IMG/VR virus record: IMGVR_UViG_3300025732_000017
DNA length: 64,000 nt
DNA from: a virus
Strand: one strand, 5' to 3'
In this document: positions 38,321 to 46,737 of the stretch, one piece after another
Numbering within the stretch: position 1 is the first letter of the stretch
Layout: the number at the start of each line of letters is the position of its first letter
Notes under the pieces: generated by a model
What the model saw: only the letters and a program-made list of their open reading frames with translations
Database searches by the model: none
What the model was told of the DNA's origin: nothing
Position numbers and translations under genes: made by a program

Positions 38321-39089
38321 AGAAATAGAAAAAGCATCAAACGATATCAACGTCGCTGTACTTTTGTCTGGCGGCGTTGATAGCATTTCTGTGGCATTAG
38401 CAGCACATCGTGTTGGTAAGAAGATTACTGCATACACGTTTCATCTAAAAGACCAGCCGACATATGATGCAAGTAAAGCACAAGAAATAAGTAAGATCAT
38501 GGGTTGGTCGTGCAAGACGATTGAAATTCCTGTTGACAATGTTATACGGGATTTCATTCGCCTTCGTCGTGAAGTAGATTGTCAGAAGAAGACACACTAT
38601 GAATGCTGCTTTCCTTTTCTATATGTCTATCCGCAAATAGAAGAGAAAGAAGTGCTTAGTGGATGGGCTGCCGATGGTTACTATGGCGTATCCAAGAAAG
38701 CCAATCTACACTACAAGCATACGATGGAAAAGTTCAACGAATTTCGTGAAGATTATTTTCTGCTTGATCACTGTGCTGGCTATCTTTGGCACAAGAGGAT
38801 TGCTGATATGCACAACAAGATCTTTATCACACCATATCTAACCGAGCCAGTAAAACAGTTTTTTTGGACCAAAGACTGGTATGAATTGAATCAGCCATTT
38901 CAGAAACACCATGTAGTAGAAGCATTTGATGAATTTTCTAGATTTGGTGCCGTAAAGAAACACATCAATCTGCAATTGGGCTCAGGTGTTGACAAACTGT
39001 TTGAATCTGTTATAATACCTGACAAGACGATCAACTATCGTAATAGAAAACGCATCATGGATATTTGCAAGGATTGGAGAAATAGATGA
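38298..39089 (+). CDS. Asparagine-synthetase-like PP-loop ATP-dependent ligase without a glutaminase domain
   Basis: VLLSGGVDS PP-loop, VLSGWAADGYYG (compare SGEGADE) and FITPYL motifs; only 263 aa. Confidence 0.75.
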   Translation: MIAKLLSEEIEKASNDINVAVLLSGGVDSISVALAAHRVGKKITAYTFHLKDQPTYDASKAQEISKIMGWSCKTIEIPVDNVIRDFIRLRREVDCQKKTHYECCFPFLYVYPQIEEKEVLSGWAADGYYGVSKKANLHYKHTMEKFNEFREDYFLLDHCAGYLWHKRIADMHNKIFITPYLTEPVKQFFWTKDWYELNQPFQKHHVVEAFDEFSRFGAVKKHINLQLGSGVDKLFESVIIPDKTINYRNRKRIMDICKDWRNR

Positions 39090-39772
39090 CACAAAAATTT
39101 ACATTTGCCCAGCGCGAAGAGGGTTTTGACAATCACATTAGCCAGTCCATTCGCGGATACAACGACTTGATTGGTGATGTCATCAATCTCTCGCAGTATT
39201 TTGTAGAGAACGATACTGTCGTCTATGATATCGGCTGTTCAACTGGCAAGATGCTTCGTGCAATGATTGGTCAGAACGAGAAAATTGCACCTCGTGCCAA
39301 TTATGTAGGAATTGAGATTGAAGAAGATTTCTTCAAGTTCTTTGATGAGAATGTTCAGAGTAATTTGGAGTTCATTCGGAATGATGTGCGTGATGTAAGT
39401 TTTGCTGTCAATACATCTTTGATCACTTCTATTTTCACTCTTCAGTTCATGCCCAGACAAGATCGTCAGGATGTCATCAATCAAATCTATAACTGTTTGA
39501 TTCCCGGTGGGGCGTTCATCTTTGCCGAGAAGACGATTGGCAACAATCCGATGATTCATGAGATGCGTACATTCACCTACTATGATTTCAAGAAACTCAG
39601 TTTCACCTATGACGATATCATGACGAAGGAAAAGAAACTGCGTTCCATGTTGAAGTCCAATAGTCGTCAGGAATTGATTGAAATGTGTGAGATTGCTGGA
39701 TTCAATCCCAATTCAATTGATTCGTTCTGGCAAAACTTTGCGTTTACTGGATTCATTGCAATCAAGAACTGA
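39086..39772 (+). CDS. cmoA: CmoA-like carboxy-SAM synthase / class I SAM enzyme
   Basis: Collinear with E. coli CmoA as I recall its sequence: FTF..REEGFDNHISQSIRGY, VYDIGCSTG, IFTLQFM, LIPGGAFIFAEK, YDFKK, AGF...FWQNFAF.GFIAIK. Confidence 0.8.
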   Translation: MTQKFTFAQREEGFDNHISQSIRGYNDLIGDVINLSQYFVENDTVVYDIGCSTGKMLRAMIGQNEKIAPRANYVGIEIEEDFFKFFDENVQSNLEFIRNDVRDVSFAVNTSLITSIFTLQFMPRQDRQDVINQIYNCLIPGGAFIFAEKTIGNNPMIHEMRTFTYYDFKKLSFTYDDIMTKEKKLRSMLKSNSRQELIEMCEIAGFNPNSIDSFWQNFAFTGFIAIKN

Positions 39773-39840
39773 TTGGGAATTCCAATATACATATGTGGTA
39801 GATGCATAGCTGCTATGCATTGGGAAAACAAAGATTGTCC

Positions 39841-39869
39841 TTGTTTCCAAGAAACGATCAGAGTATACT
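39841..39869 (+). promoter_or_regulatory. sigma70-type early promoter TTGTTT-17-TATACT
   Basis: 17-bp spacer, 6 nt before the ATG at 39876. Confidence 0.55.
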
Positions 39870-39875
39870 GACCAC

Positions 39876-42134
39876 ATGATCGAGAAAAAGACACCCACCA
39901 TTCACCGGGAAGCCAAGTCACAGCTTGCGCGTCTCATGGCCAACGAGAACCTCACGGTCGAGCATCGTGCAGTTCGTACAGCGTCCTTCGACACGAATAA
40001 TCGTGTTCTGACGCTTCCAATCTGGACTGACATGACTGGCGATATCTATGATACGCTGGTTGGTCACGAGGTTGGACATGCGCTGGATACTCCAGCGGGT
40101 GTCGATGCCATTCTTTCCGCAATCAAGGCGATTGACGCCAACAACATGCATGGCGCCAAGATGTTCCTCAATGTGGTTGAGGATGCTCGCATTGAAAAGA
40201 TGGTGCGTCGTCGTTATCCTGGTATGCGTCGTTCCTTCTCTCTCGGCTACAAGCAGCTGTTGGATCGGAACTTCTTTGGCACGATTGGTCGTGACCTGAA
40301 GACGTACAAGCTGATTGACCGCGTCAATCTGTACTTCAAGCTGGGTTCGGCTGCGATCATTGACTTCTCTCCCAAGGAGATGGAGTTGGTTCGCATGGTT
40401 GACAACAGCGAATCCTTTGAGGACGTTGTCGCCGCAGCCAAGGCGCTCTATCAATATGCCAAGGATCATAAGGAAGACCAGCCTGATCAGGACGGCGATC
40501 AGGACGAAGACTATGACATGTATCCGGATGACGACGGAAACTATTACATGGAGAGCGAGTCTTCTGACGAAAATGACGAGGAGGATGAGTCTGACGACGA
40601 GACTGGTTCTCCTTCCGATCGGGACGATGAGGACGACGAGTCCATGTCCAAGTCCGAGGCTGAAGATGGTGAGGATGGGTCCGATGATGAGGACTCAGAT
40701 TCTGAGGATGCCTCTGACTCTGAGGATGAGCCGATTGATGATGTAGGCACTTCGGAAAACAATCCGACTTCCGAGACTCAGGAGTCTTGGGAAAACCAGA
40801 AGGACAAGCTGCTCTCTGGTGCGGTTCGCGGTTACCTTTACTGCAACATTCCCGAGATTGATGGTCATAATTGGATTGTGCCTTACAAGCAGATCCATTA
40901 TGGAAATGGTAAGACTGGCGAGGGGCGCATCGACGGCCTGTCTACGGTTGTTCAAGCGGAAGGCTGGAATGGTCTTCGTGGTCCGAACGAGGCCGAGCGT
41001 TTTGCCATGCTCAACAAGTTCAAGAGCGAAAATGCACCCATCATTTCCTTCATGGTGAAGGAGTTTGAAATGCGTAAGGCTGCTGAGCAGTATGCTCGTC
41101 AGTCTATCGCCAAGACTGGCGTGATCAACACCAACAAACTCCATACCTACAAGTACAATGACGATATCTTCCGTCGCATCACCAATGTGCCGACTGGCAA
41201 GAATCATGGTCTTGTTCTTATTCTGGATTGGTCTGGTTCCATGGGTCAGCAGATTACGGGCACCATTGAGCAGCTTCTGAACATGGCACTCTTCTGCCGT
41301 CGTGTCCAGATTCCGTTTGAGGTGTTTGCATTCAGCGATGGTTATCACCCGCATCCTGAAGGGGCAAGTAATTTCAAGTATGATAATGGCGATATGATGA
41401 TCACCTATGGACTCTCGCTTCTTCAGCTTCTGTCCTCTACCATGAAGCCGAAGGAACTCAATGATGCCATGGGCAATCTTCTCGCTCTTGGAGAAAACTT
41501 CAGGCCGGGTAATCGCAATACTCGTCCCATGGGGTACTTCCATCTCAATGGAACTCCGCTTGATGGTGCGTTGCTTTGCCTTCCGAGCATCGTGAATGCT
41601 TTCCGCAAGCGTAACAAGCTGCAGATCGTCAATACGATCATCCTTACCGATGGTGAGAATTCCTATAGTCCCGAGATCAATGACAAGGAATATGCCCGTT
41701 GGGGTAATAAGGTTCTTGTGGTTCGCGACAAGGTGACCAAGGCTGAGTATACCTGTTCTATGCATGGTGGTGAAGAACTTACCAAGATTCTCCTCAAGAA
41801 CCTTGAGGATCGTACCAATGCAAACGTCATTGGTTACTATCTGGTCAGTGGATCTTCTCGTACCCTGAGGCAGGCTATTAGTCCGTATTTTCCTGACGAT
41901 ATTGAGAATGCGTTCAATAAGTTCAATGAAAAGAGGTACGTGGAGATCACCAGTAGGGGTTACACCTACTACTATGTGATCAAGGGTAACAATCTTCAGA
42001 TTGAAACTGAGGAGCTGGATATCGGTCGTGCAACTTCTGCCAAGGCTATTGCCAAGGCATTTGGAAAGTACTCCAAGAACAAGTTGGACAATCGTGTCAT
42101 GCTTTCCAGGTTCATTGAAAAGATTTCGGCTTGA
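39876..42134 (+). CDS. vWA/MIDAS-domain protein with an N-terminal HExxH metallopeptidase-like domain and acidic linker (CobT-like)
   Basis: HEVGH motif, NVVEDARIE, a long D/E tract, MIDAS LDWSGSM, GTPL and ILTDGE. Confidence 0.85.
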   Translation: MIEKKTPTIHREAKSQLARLMANENLTVEHRAVRTASFDTNNRVLTLPIWTDMTGDIYDTLVGHEVGHALDTPAGVDAILSAIKAIDANNMHGAKMFLNVVEDARIEKMVRRRYPGMRRSFSLGYKQLLDRNFFGTIGRDLKTYKLIDRVNLYFKLGSAAIIDFSPKEMELVRMVDNSESFEDVVAAAKALYQYAKDHKEDQPDQDGDQDEDYDMYPDDDGNYYMESESSDENDEEDESDDETGSPSDRDDEDDESMSKSEAEDGEDGSDDEDSDSEDASDSEDEPIDDVGTSENNPTSETQESWENQKDKLLSGAVRGYLYCNIPEIDGHNWIVPYKQIHYGNGKTGEGRIDGLSTVVQAEGWNGLRGPNEAERFAMLNKFKSENAPIISFMVKEFEMRKAAEQYARQSIAKTGVINTNKLHTYKYNDDIFRRITNVPTGKNHGLVLILDWSGSMGQQITGTIEQLLNMALFCRRVQIPFEVFAFSDGYHPHPEGASNFKYDNGDMMITYGLSLLQLLSSTMKPKELNDAMGNLLALGENFRPGNRNTRPMGYFHLNGTPLDGALLCLPSIVNAFRKRNKLQIVNTIILTDGENSYSPEINDKEYARWGNKVLVVRDKVTKAEYTCSMHGGEELTKILLKNLEDRTNANVIGYYLVSGSSRTLRQAISPYFPDDIENAFNKFNEKRYVEITSRGYTYYYVIKGNNLQIETEELDIGRATSAKAIAKAFGKYSKNKLDNRVMLSRFIEKISA

Positions 42135-42159
42135 CATTCCCAATCTTGTATTGTATTCT
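42131..42159 (+). promoter_or_regulatory. sigma70-type promoter TTGACA-17-TATTCT
   Basis: Upstream of the AAA ATPase gene. Confidence 0.75.
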
Positions 42160-42184
42160 TAGATCATAACCTGAGAGGAAATAA

Positions 42185-43396
42185 ATGTCTCTGACCAACA
42201 AGCAGATTGCCTTCATCAAGCTGGCAAACGCAAACGGTTTTACCAGCACGATTTCCCGCAAGGACGCAAAGGCGCTTTGCAAGGCTAATGACTTCAAGTG
42301 GCCGCGATGGATTGCGATTGACGACCAGTATCGTCACGCTCGCGGCGTCTATAGGCTTCCCAAGATTGATAGTGAGGTAAGTGTGCCTAAGGTTTCTCGG
42401 ATTGATACGCCCGTGCAGCAGGCTCCTGCACCGACCATGAATCTTCAGGTTCTTGGTACGAATGTGGCGGAATCGCTCATTCCAATGCCCAATCGCAAGT
42501 ATGTGCCATTTGGCAACTTTGCCGATGTTGAGGCTATCATTTCTTCCACTCTATTCTATCCGATCTATGTCACGGGTCTGTCTGGCAACGGCAAGACCAT
42601 GATGATTGAGCAGGTCTGTGCCAAGGCTCGGCGCGAGATGGTTCGCGTCAATATCACGGCCGAGACTGACGAAGACGATCTTATCGGCGGCTTCCGTCTG
42701 ATTGATGGTCAGACCGTGTGGCATAATGGTCCTGTGGTCATGGCCATGGAGCGTGGTGCTGTACTGCTCCTGGACGAGGTTGACCTTGGTTCAATTAAGC
42801 TGATGTGCCTTCAGCCCGTGCTTGAGGGTAAGCCGATCTTCATCAAAAAGATCAACAAGCTGGTTCAGCCTGCCAAGGGCTTCACGGTTGTTGCTACTGC
42901 AAACACCAAGGGTAAGGGTTCAGACGATGGTCGCTTCATTGGCACCAACGTGATGAACGAGGCTTTCCTTGAGCGTTTTTCCATCACCCTTGAGCAGGAG
43001 TATCCGCCTGCTGTAACCGAGAAGAAGATCCTTCTCAACATCCTGGATCGCTCTGCGGACAATGACAAGGAGTTTGCCGAGCTGCTTATCAAGTGGGCAG
43101 AGGCAATTCGCCGCACCTATTATGATGGTGGTGTGACCGAGATCATTTCCACTCGTCGTTTGGTGCATATCTGCGAGGCGTATAACATCTTCTCCAAGGA
43201 TCGCAAGAAGGCGATTCAGCTCTGTCTCAATCGGTTTGATGCGGACACCAAGAATTCGTTCATGGATCTGTATACCAAGATTGATGCTGAGGTCAATCCT
43301 CCTGTGGTTGCTGCGCCTGGCACCGACAGCCCGACTGTTCAGGCTGAGATGTCGCTTGAGGACAAGATCAAGGCGGCTGACGAAATTCCCTTCTGA
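42185..43396 (+). CDS. MoxR/CobS-like AAA+ ATPase
   Basis: GLSGNGKT, DLIGG, LLLDEVD, ATANTKG and NEAFLERF motifs; adjacent to the vWA gene. Confidence 0.9.
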   Translation: MSLTNKQIAFIKLANANGFTSTISRKDAKALCKANDFKWPRWIAIDDQYRHARGVYRLPKIDSEVSVPKVSRIDTPVQQAPAPTMNLQVLGTNVAESLIPMPNRKYVPFGNFADVEAIISSTLFYPIYVTGLSGNGKTMMIEQVCAKARREMVRVNITAETDEDDLIGGFRLIDGQTVWHNGPVVMAMERGAVLLLDEVDLGSIKLMCLQPVLEGKPIFIKKINKLVQPAKGFTVVATANTKGKGSDDGRFIGTNVMNEAFLERFSITLEQEYPPAVTEKKILLNILDRSADNDKEFAELLIKWAEAIRRTYYDGGVTEIISTRRLVHICEAYNIFSKDRKKAIQLCLNRFDADTKNSFMDLYTKIDAEVNPPVVAAPGTDSPTVQAEMSLEDKIKAADEIPF

Positions 43397-43403
43397 AAAT
43401 ACT

Positions 43404-43432
43404 TGACATTCCATTTCAACATTGATATAATG
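43404..43432 (+). promoter_or_regulatory. Perfect sigma70 consensus promoter TTGACA-17-TATAAT
   Basis: Exact -35 and -10 hexamers with a 17-bp spacer. Confidence 0.9.
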
Positions 43433-43511
43433 TTGAATAATGGAGCGACGTTCTTGGTTGCTCGTCACTCCGTTTCTCTCTAGTGCAACCTTTTGTTATG
43501 GAGTAAAATAT

Positions 43512-43781
43512 ATGGCTAAGATCTCTGCTAAGACTCGTATGCTTCAGGCTCTCAAGGGCAATGGCGCATACAACACCTTCTCGGTTGCTCAGGGTCGCAA
43601 TCGTTTCGGTGTGACGAATGTTTCAGCTCGTATCGCTGAGCTGCGTCAGGATGGTCATTCCATCTATACGAACGTTCGTCGTCGTGGCGATGGCAGCAAG
43701 GTCCGCGTCTATCGTCTTGGCACTCCGACCAAGGCCATGAAGGCTGCGGCTCGCAAGACGAAGACTCGTCGTTCTGCCTGA
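43512..43781 (+). CDS. Small basic winged-helix-like DNA-binding protein (89 aa from the ATG at 43512)
   Basis: GGAG RBS before 43512; NVSARIAELRQDGHSIYT...YRLG HTH-wing pattern and a Lys/Arg tail. Confidence 0.65.
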   Translation: MAKISAKTRMLQALKGNGAYNTFSVAQGRNRFGVTNVSARIAELRQDGHSIYTNVRRRGDGSKVRVYRLGTPTKAMKAAARKTKTRRSA

Positions 43782-43805
43782 TTCAATAGTTCATATTGAG
43801 TCCAT

Positions 43806-43838
43806 GAAGGGGAAGAGAAATCTTCCCCTTCTTCATTT
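43806..43838 (+). terminator. Intrinsic terminator-like hairpin
   Basis: gaaggggaaga-gaaa-tcttccccttc 11-bp stem with a GNRA loop, then a pyrimidine-rich tail; GC content drops right after it. Confidence 0.8.
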
Positions 43839-43891
43839 GCTAACTAAATAGGAGTATGGTTTAGTAATTACTTTTTTGATTGGAGTACACT

Positions 43892-44707
43892 ATGGAAATT
43901 TCTATCTCTGTTGACGAACTACGCAAAAGAAAGTTGTTTATCGCCACACCAATGTATGGTGGTATGGCAAATGGACTTTACATGAAGTCCTGTCTAGATC
44001 TACAGTCTATACTAAATCAATATGGCGTTGAAGCCAAGTTTTCATTTCTATTCAACGAATCCCTCATCACTCGCGCAAGAAATTATTTGACTGATGAGTT
44101 TTTGAGAAATGAACAGTTTACTCATCTTCTATTTTTGGATTCGGATATTCACTTTAATCCACAAGATGTTGTCACGATGCTTGCACTTGACAAGGACATC
44201 ATTGGTGGACCATATCCCAAGAAGTCAATCAATTGGGGTAATGTTGCAAACGCCGTAAGAAGCAAGCCTGATATTGAGGCTGGAGAACTTGAAGGATTGG
44301 TTGGCGAATTTGTATTCAATCCTGTTGCTGGAACAAAGCAGTTCTCTATTACTGAACCACTTGAAGTCATGGAAATCGGAACAGGTTTCATGATGATCAA
44401 GCGAGAGGTCTTCAAGAAGTTTGAAGACGCATATCCAGAGTATCGTTACAAGCCAGATCATGTTGGTCAAAAGCATTTTGACGGCTCGCGATACATTCAT
44501 GCATATTTTGATACGATCATTGATCGTGGACCAAATGCTCCTGGCTCATCCGAGAGATACCTTTCAGAAGATTATTTCTTCTGTCAGATGAGCCGTAAAA
44601 TCGGCATCAAGATTTGGTTGTGCCCGTGGATGAAGACGCAACACGTTGGCACATATGCGTTTACTGGTGATCTTCCAAGAATTGCACAGTATACGGGACG
44701 TATATGA
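43892..44707 (+). CDS. GT-A-fold glycosyltransferase-like protein
   Basis: LFIATPMYGG, SLITRARN, LLFLDSDI (DxD), GTGFMMIKREVF and LSEDYFFC motifs; ATG 43892 follows GGAG. Confidence 0.7.
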   Translation: MEISISVDELRKRKLFIATPMYGGMANGLYMKSCLDLQSILNQYGVEAKFSFLFNESLITRARNYLTDEFLRNEQFTHLLFLDSDIHFNPQDVVTMLALDKDIIGGPYPKKSINWGNVANAVRSKPDIEAGELEGLVGEFVFNPVAGTKQFSITEPLEVMEIGTGFMMIKREVFKKFEDAYPEYRYKPDHVGQKHFDGSRYIHAYFDTIIDRGPNAPGSSERYLSEDYFFCQMSRKIGIKIWLCPWMKTQHVGTYAFTGDLPRIAQYTGRI

Positions 44708-45312
44708 TTATTGGATTTGTTGGTACTATCGGTAGCGGTAAAGGAACTGCTGGCGATATATTGGCGCAGCGGGGCTTCTTTACTGAAAGTTTCGCTGCGC
44801 CTCTAAAGGATATAACTGCAAGTCTTTTCGGTTGGCCAAGACATCTTGTCGAAGGTGATACAACTGAGTCTCGCGAATTTCGTGAAACAAGAGACGAGTG
44901 GTGGTCCAATAGATTCGGCAAAGATATCACTCCGCGTTTGATATTGCAGCTCATTGGTACTGAGTGTATGCGCGAGTGTATACACTCAGACTTCTGGGTT
45001 GCGTGTCTCGAAAGACGAATAAAGCAGAATCACGATTATGTGATTACAGATGTTCGTTTTCCTAACGAGATTGATTCCATTCACAAGATGGGTGGAAAGA
45101 TTGTAGAGATTCAACGCGGAAAACCTGCGGATTGGTATGTACATGCTTGCATGTATAACAATGGCGATTCTGGTGTAAAGCCTAGTGCTCATTATTCGGA
45201 GTGGGCATGGATGGGATACAAGACTGACTACACATTGAACAATGATGGGTCTTTGGAAGACCTTGAAAATGACATTGAATTGATGCTTGAGTGCTTGACA
45301 CCACCAAGGTAA
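44704..45312 (+). CDS. gp1: Deoxynucleoside monophosphate kinase
   Basis: IIGFVGTIGSGKGT, FAAPLK, PRLILQLIGTE, ITDVRFPNE and HYSE motifs. Confidence 0.9.
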   Translation: MIIGFVGTIGSGKGTAGDILAQRGFFTESFAAPLKDITASLFGWPRHLVEGDTTESREFRETRDEWWSNRFGKDITPRLILQLIGTECMRECIHSDFWVACLERRIKQNHDYVITDVRFPNEIDSIHKMGGKIVEIQRGKPADWYVHACMYNNGDSGVKPSAHYSEWAWMGYKTDYTLNNDGSLEDLENDIELMLECLTPPR

Positions 45313-45323
45313 AGTGATACTAT
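45295..45323 (+). promoter_or_regulatory. sigma70-type promoter TTGACA-17-TACTAT with extended -10 TG
   Basis: Upstream of gp45. Confidence 0.75.
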
Positions 45324-45351
45324 TATCTTCATACAACTATGGAGTTTTGTT

Positions 45352-46017
45352 ATGAAATTCTCACAAGAGACGATGAATGTCTTGAAGAACTTCTCCCAAA
45401 TCAATCAGGGAATCTTCTTCAAGAAGGGTGATGTAGTTTCAACTATCTCACCTCAGAAAAACATTTTGGCCGAGGCTACAATCAAGGAAAGTTTTCCAAG
45501 AGACTTCGGCATCTATGATCTTCCAAACTTTCTGAGTGTGCTTTCTCTTAGCAAGGAAGATCCAGAAGTTGCTTTTGAAGACAAGCAGCTTACCCTCATT
45601 GGCAACAATGGTCGTGCGACGATCACCTATCGTTATACTGATGCATCTATGATTGTTTGTCCGCCAGACAAGAAGCTGACTGTACCATCTGCAACGGTAT
45701 CGTTTGATCTTACTGAAGTTGATCTTGCTTGGGTATCTCGTTGTGCTGCAGTACTTCAGCAGCCAAACGTATCCATCGAGAGTGATGGTGAAAAGGTGTA
45801 TGTGTCTACATTCGATTCAACAAATGATTCCACACATACACAGAAACTCACGATTGCTGATGGCAATGGTGAGACATACAAGTTTGTTCTTCGCACCGAA
45901 AACCTGAAGCTGCTGCCAGCAGATTACAAGGTTGAGGCTACCAAGGGAATTATCACATTCTCCGCGAAGAACTCGGCAATCAAGTATTGGATTGCAACTG
46001 AAAAGACAAAGGAGTGA
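45352..46017 (+). CDS. gp45: Sliding clamp
   Basis: LKNFSQINQGI, FGIYDLPNFL and YWIATE motifs. Confidence 0.95.
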   Translation: MKFSQETMNVLKNFSQINQGIFFKKGDVVSTISPQKNILAEATIKESFPRDFGIYDLPNFLSVLSLSKEDPEVAFEDKQLTLIGNNGRATITYRYTDASMIVCPPDKKLTVPSATVSFDLTEVDLAWVSRCAAVLQQPNVSIESDGEKVYVSTFDSTNDSTHTQKLTIADGNGETYKFVLRTENLKLLPADYKVEATKGIITFSAKNSAIKYWIATEKTKE

Positions 46018-46020
46018 TCA

Positions 46021-46302
46021 ATGTCTACAATTGGAAACAATAGTGGTGTTCCTTCTCTGGATCCAGAGGAGATCAAGAAGATTGTTGATGCCGTCAATGT
46101 CATCAATGATAGCATGACGCGAGTTGCTGCCGAGCGTGATCTTGTAAAAGAGACAGTCAATAGGATTCATGAGGAAACAGGTTTTCCTAAGAAGCTGTTG
46201 CGTCGTATTGCAAAGACACATTATCAGAGATCCTTTGAAATGGATCTACAAGAAAATCGTGACTTTGAAAGCACATACGAGACGATCACCAACAAGAAGT
46301 AA
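46021..46302 (+). CDS. T4 DsbA-like dsDNA-binding protein
   Basis: SMTRVAAERDLVKE...GFPKKLLRRIAKTHY...FESTYE helical pattern. Confidence 0.6.
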   Translation: MSTIGNNSGVPSLDPEEIKKIVDAVNVINDSMTRVAAERDLVKETVNRIHEETGFPKKLLRRIAKTHYQRSFEMDLQENRDFESTYETITNKK

Positions 46303-46307
46303 GTTCT

Positions 46308-46727
46308 ATGGCTAAACAGAGATACGCCACATGCACTTGTGAAGGTTGTTACGTCAGATTGCCAAAAAATGAGGCATATTATGATGATGTAACAGTTGAA
46401 ATAGGTGGATGGGAAGGATCTTCTGAAGGCTCTTACTCTGGAAGTGGGCGTAGATCATCCAAAAATAATTATGGTTGGTCTAGTTATGGGTCTACTCGTA
46501 GTTCCAGTTCCAGTAGAACACATTATCGGCATCGTAGATTGTGGTACTGTTTTGACTGCTACAATAATCTGCTAGAAGCAAGAGTAAAGGCCGAAGAGGA
46601 AAGAGAAGAGCGAGAAAGACGAGAAGCTGAAAGAAGAAGACTTGAAAAAGAGCAGAGAAGACCCTTTGTTATCTTCATTTGGTTCTGTATAATAACCCTC
46701 ATCATCATGTTGTTCGCAAAGCCGTAG
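46308..46727 (+). CDS. Putative Zn-ribbon protein with C-terminal transmembrane helix
   Basis: CxCxxC and CxxC motifs, a Ser/Gly/Arg-rich spacer, charged coil, and FVIFIWFCIITLIIMLF. Confidence 0.55.
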   Translation: MAKQRYATCTCEGCYVRLPKNEAYYDDVTVEIGGWEGSSEGSYSGSGRRSSKNNYGWSSYGSTRSSSSSRTHYRHRRLWYCFDCYNNLLEARVKAEEEREERERREAERRRLEKEQRRPFVIFIWFCIITLIIMLFAKP

Positions 46728-46737
46728 GAGATTTGGA

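Noticed and set aside
40695-42143. 482-aa antisense ORF
   Set aside because: It lies opposite the clearly coding vWA gene; codon bias in this GC-richer block explains the lack of stops, and no motifs are recognisable.
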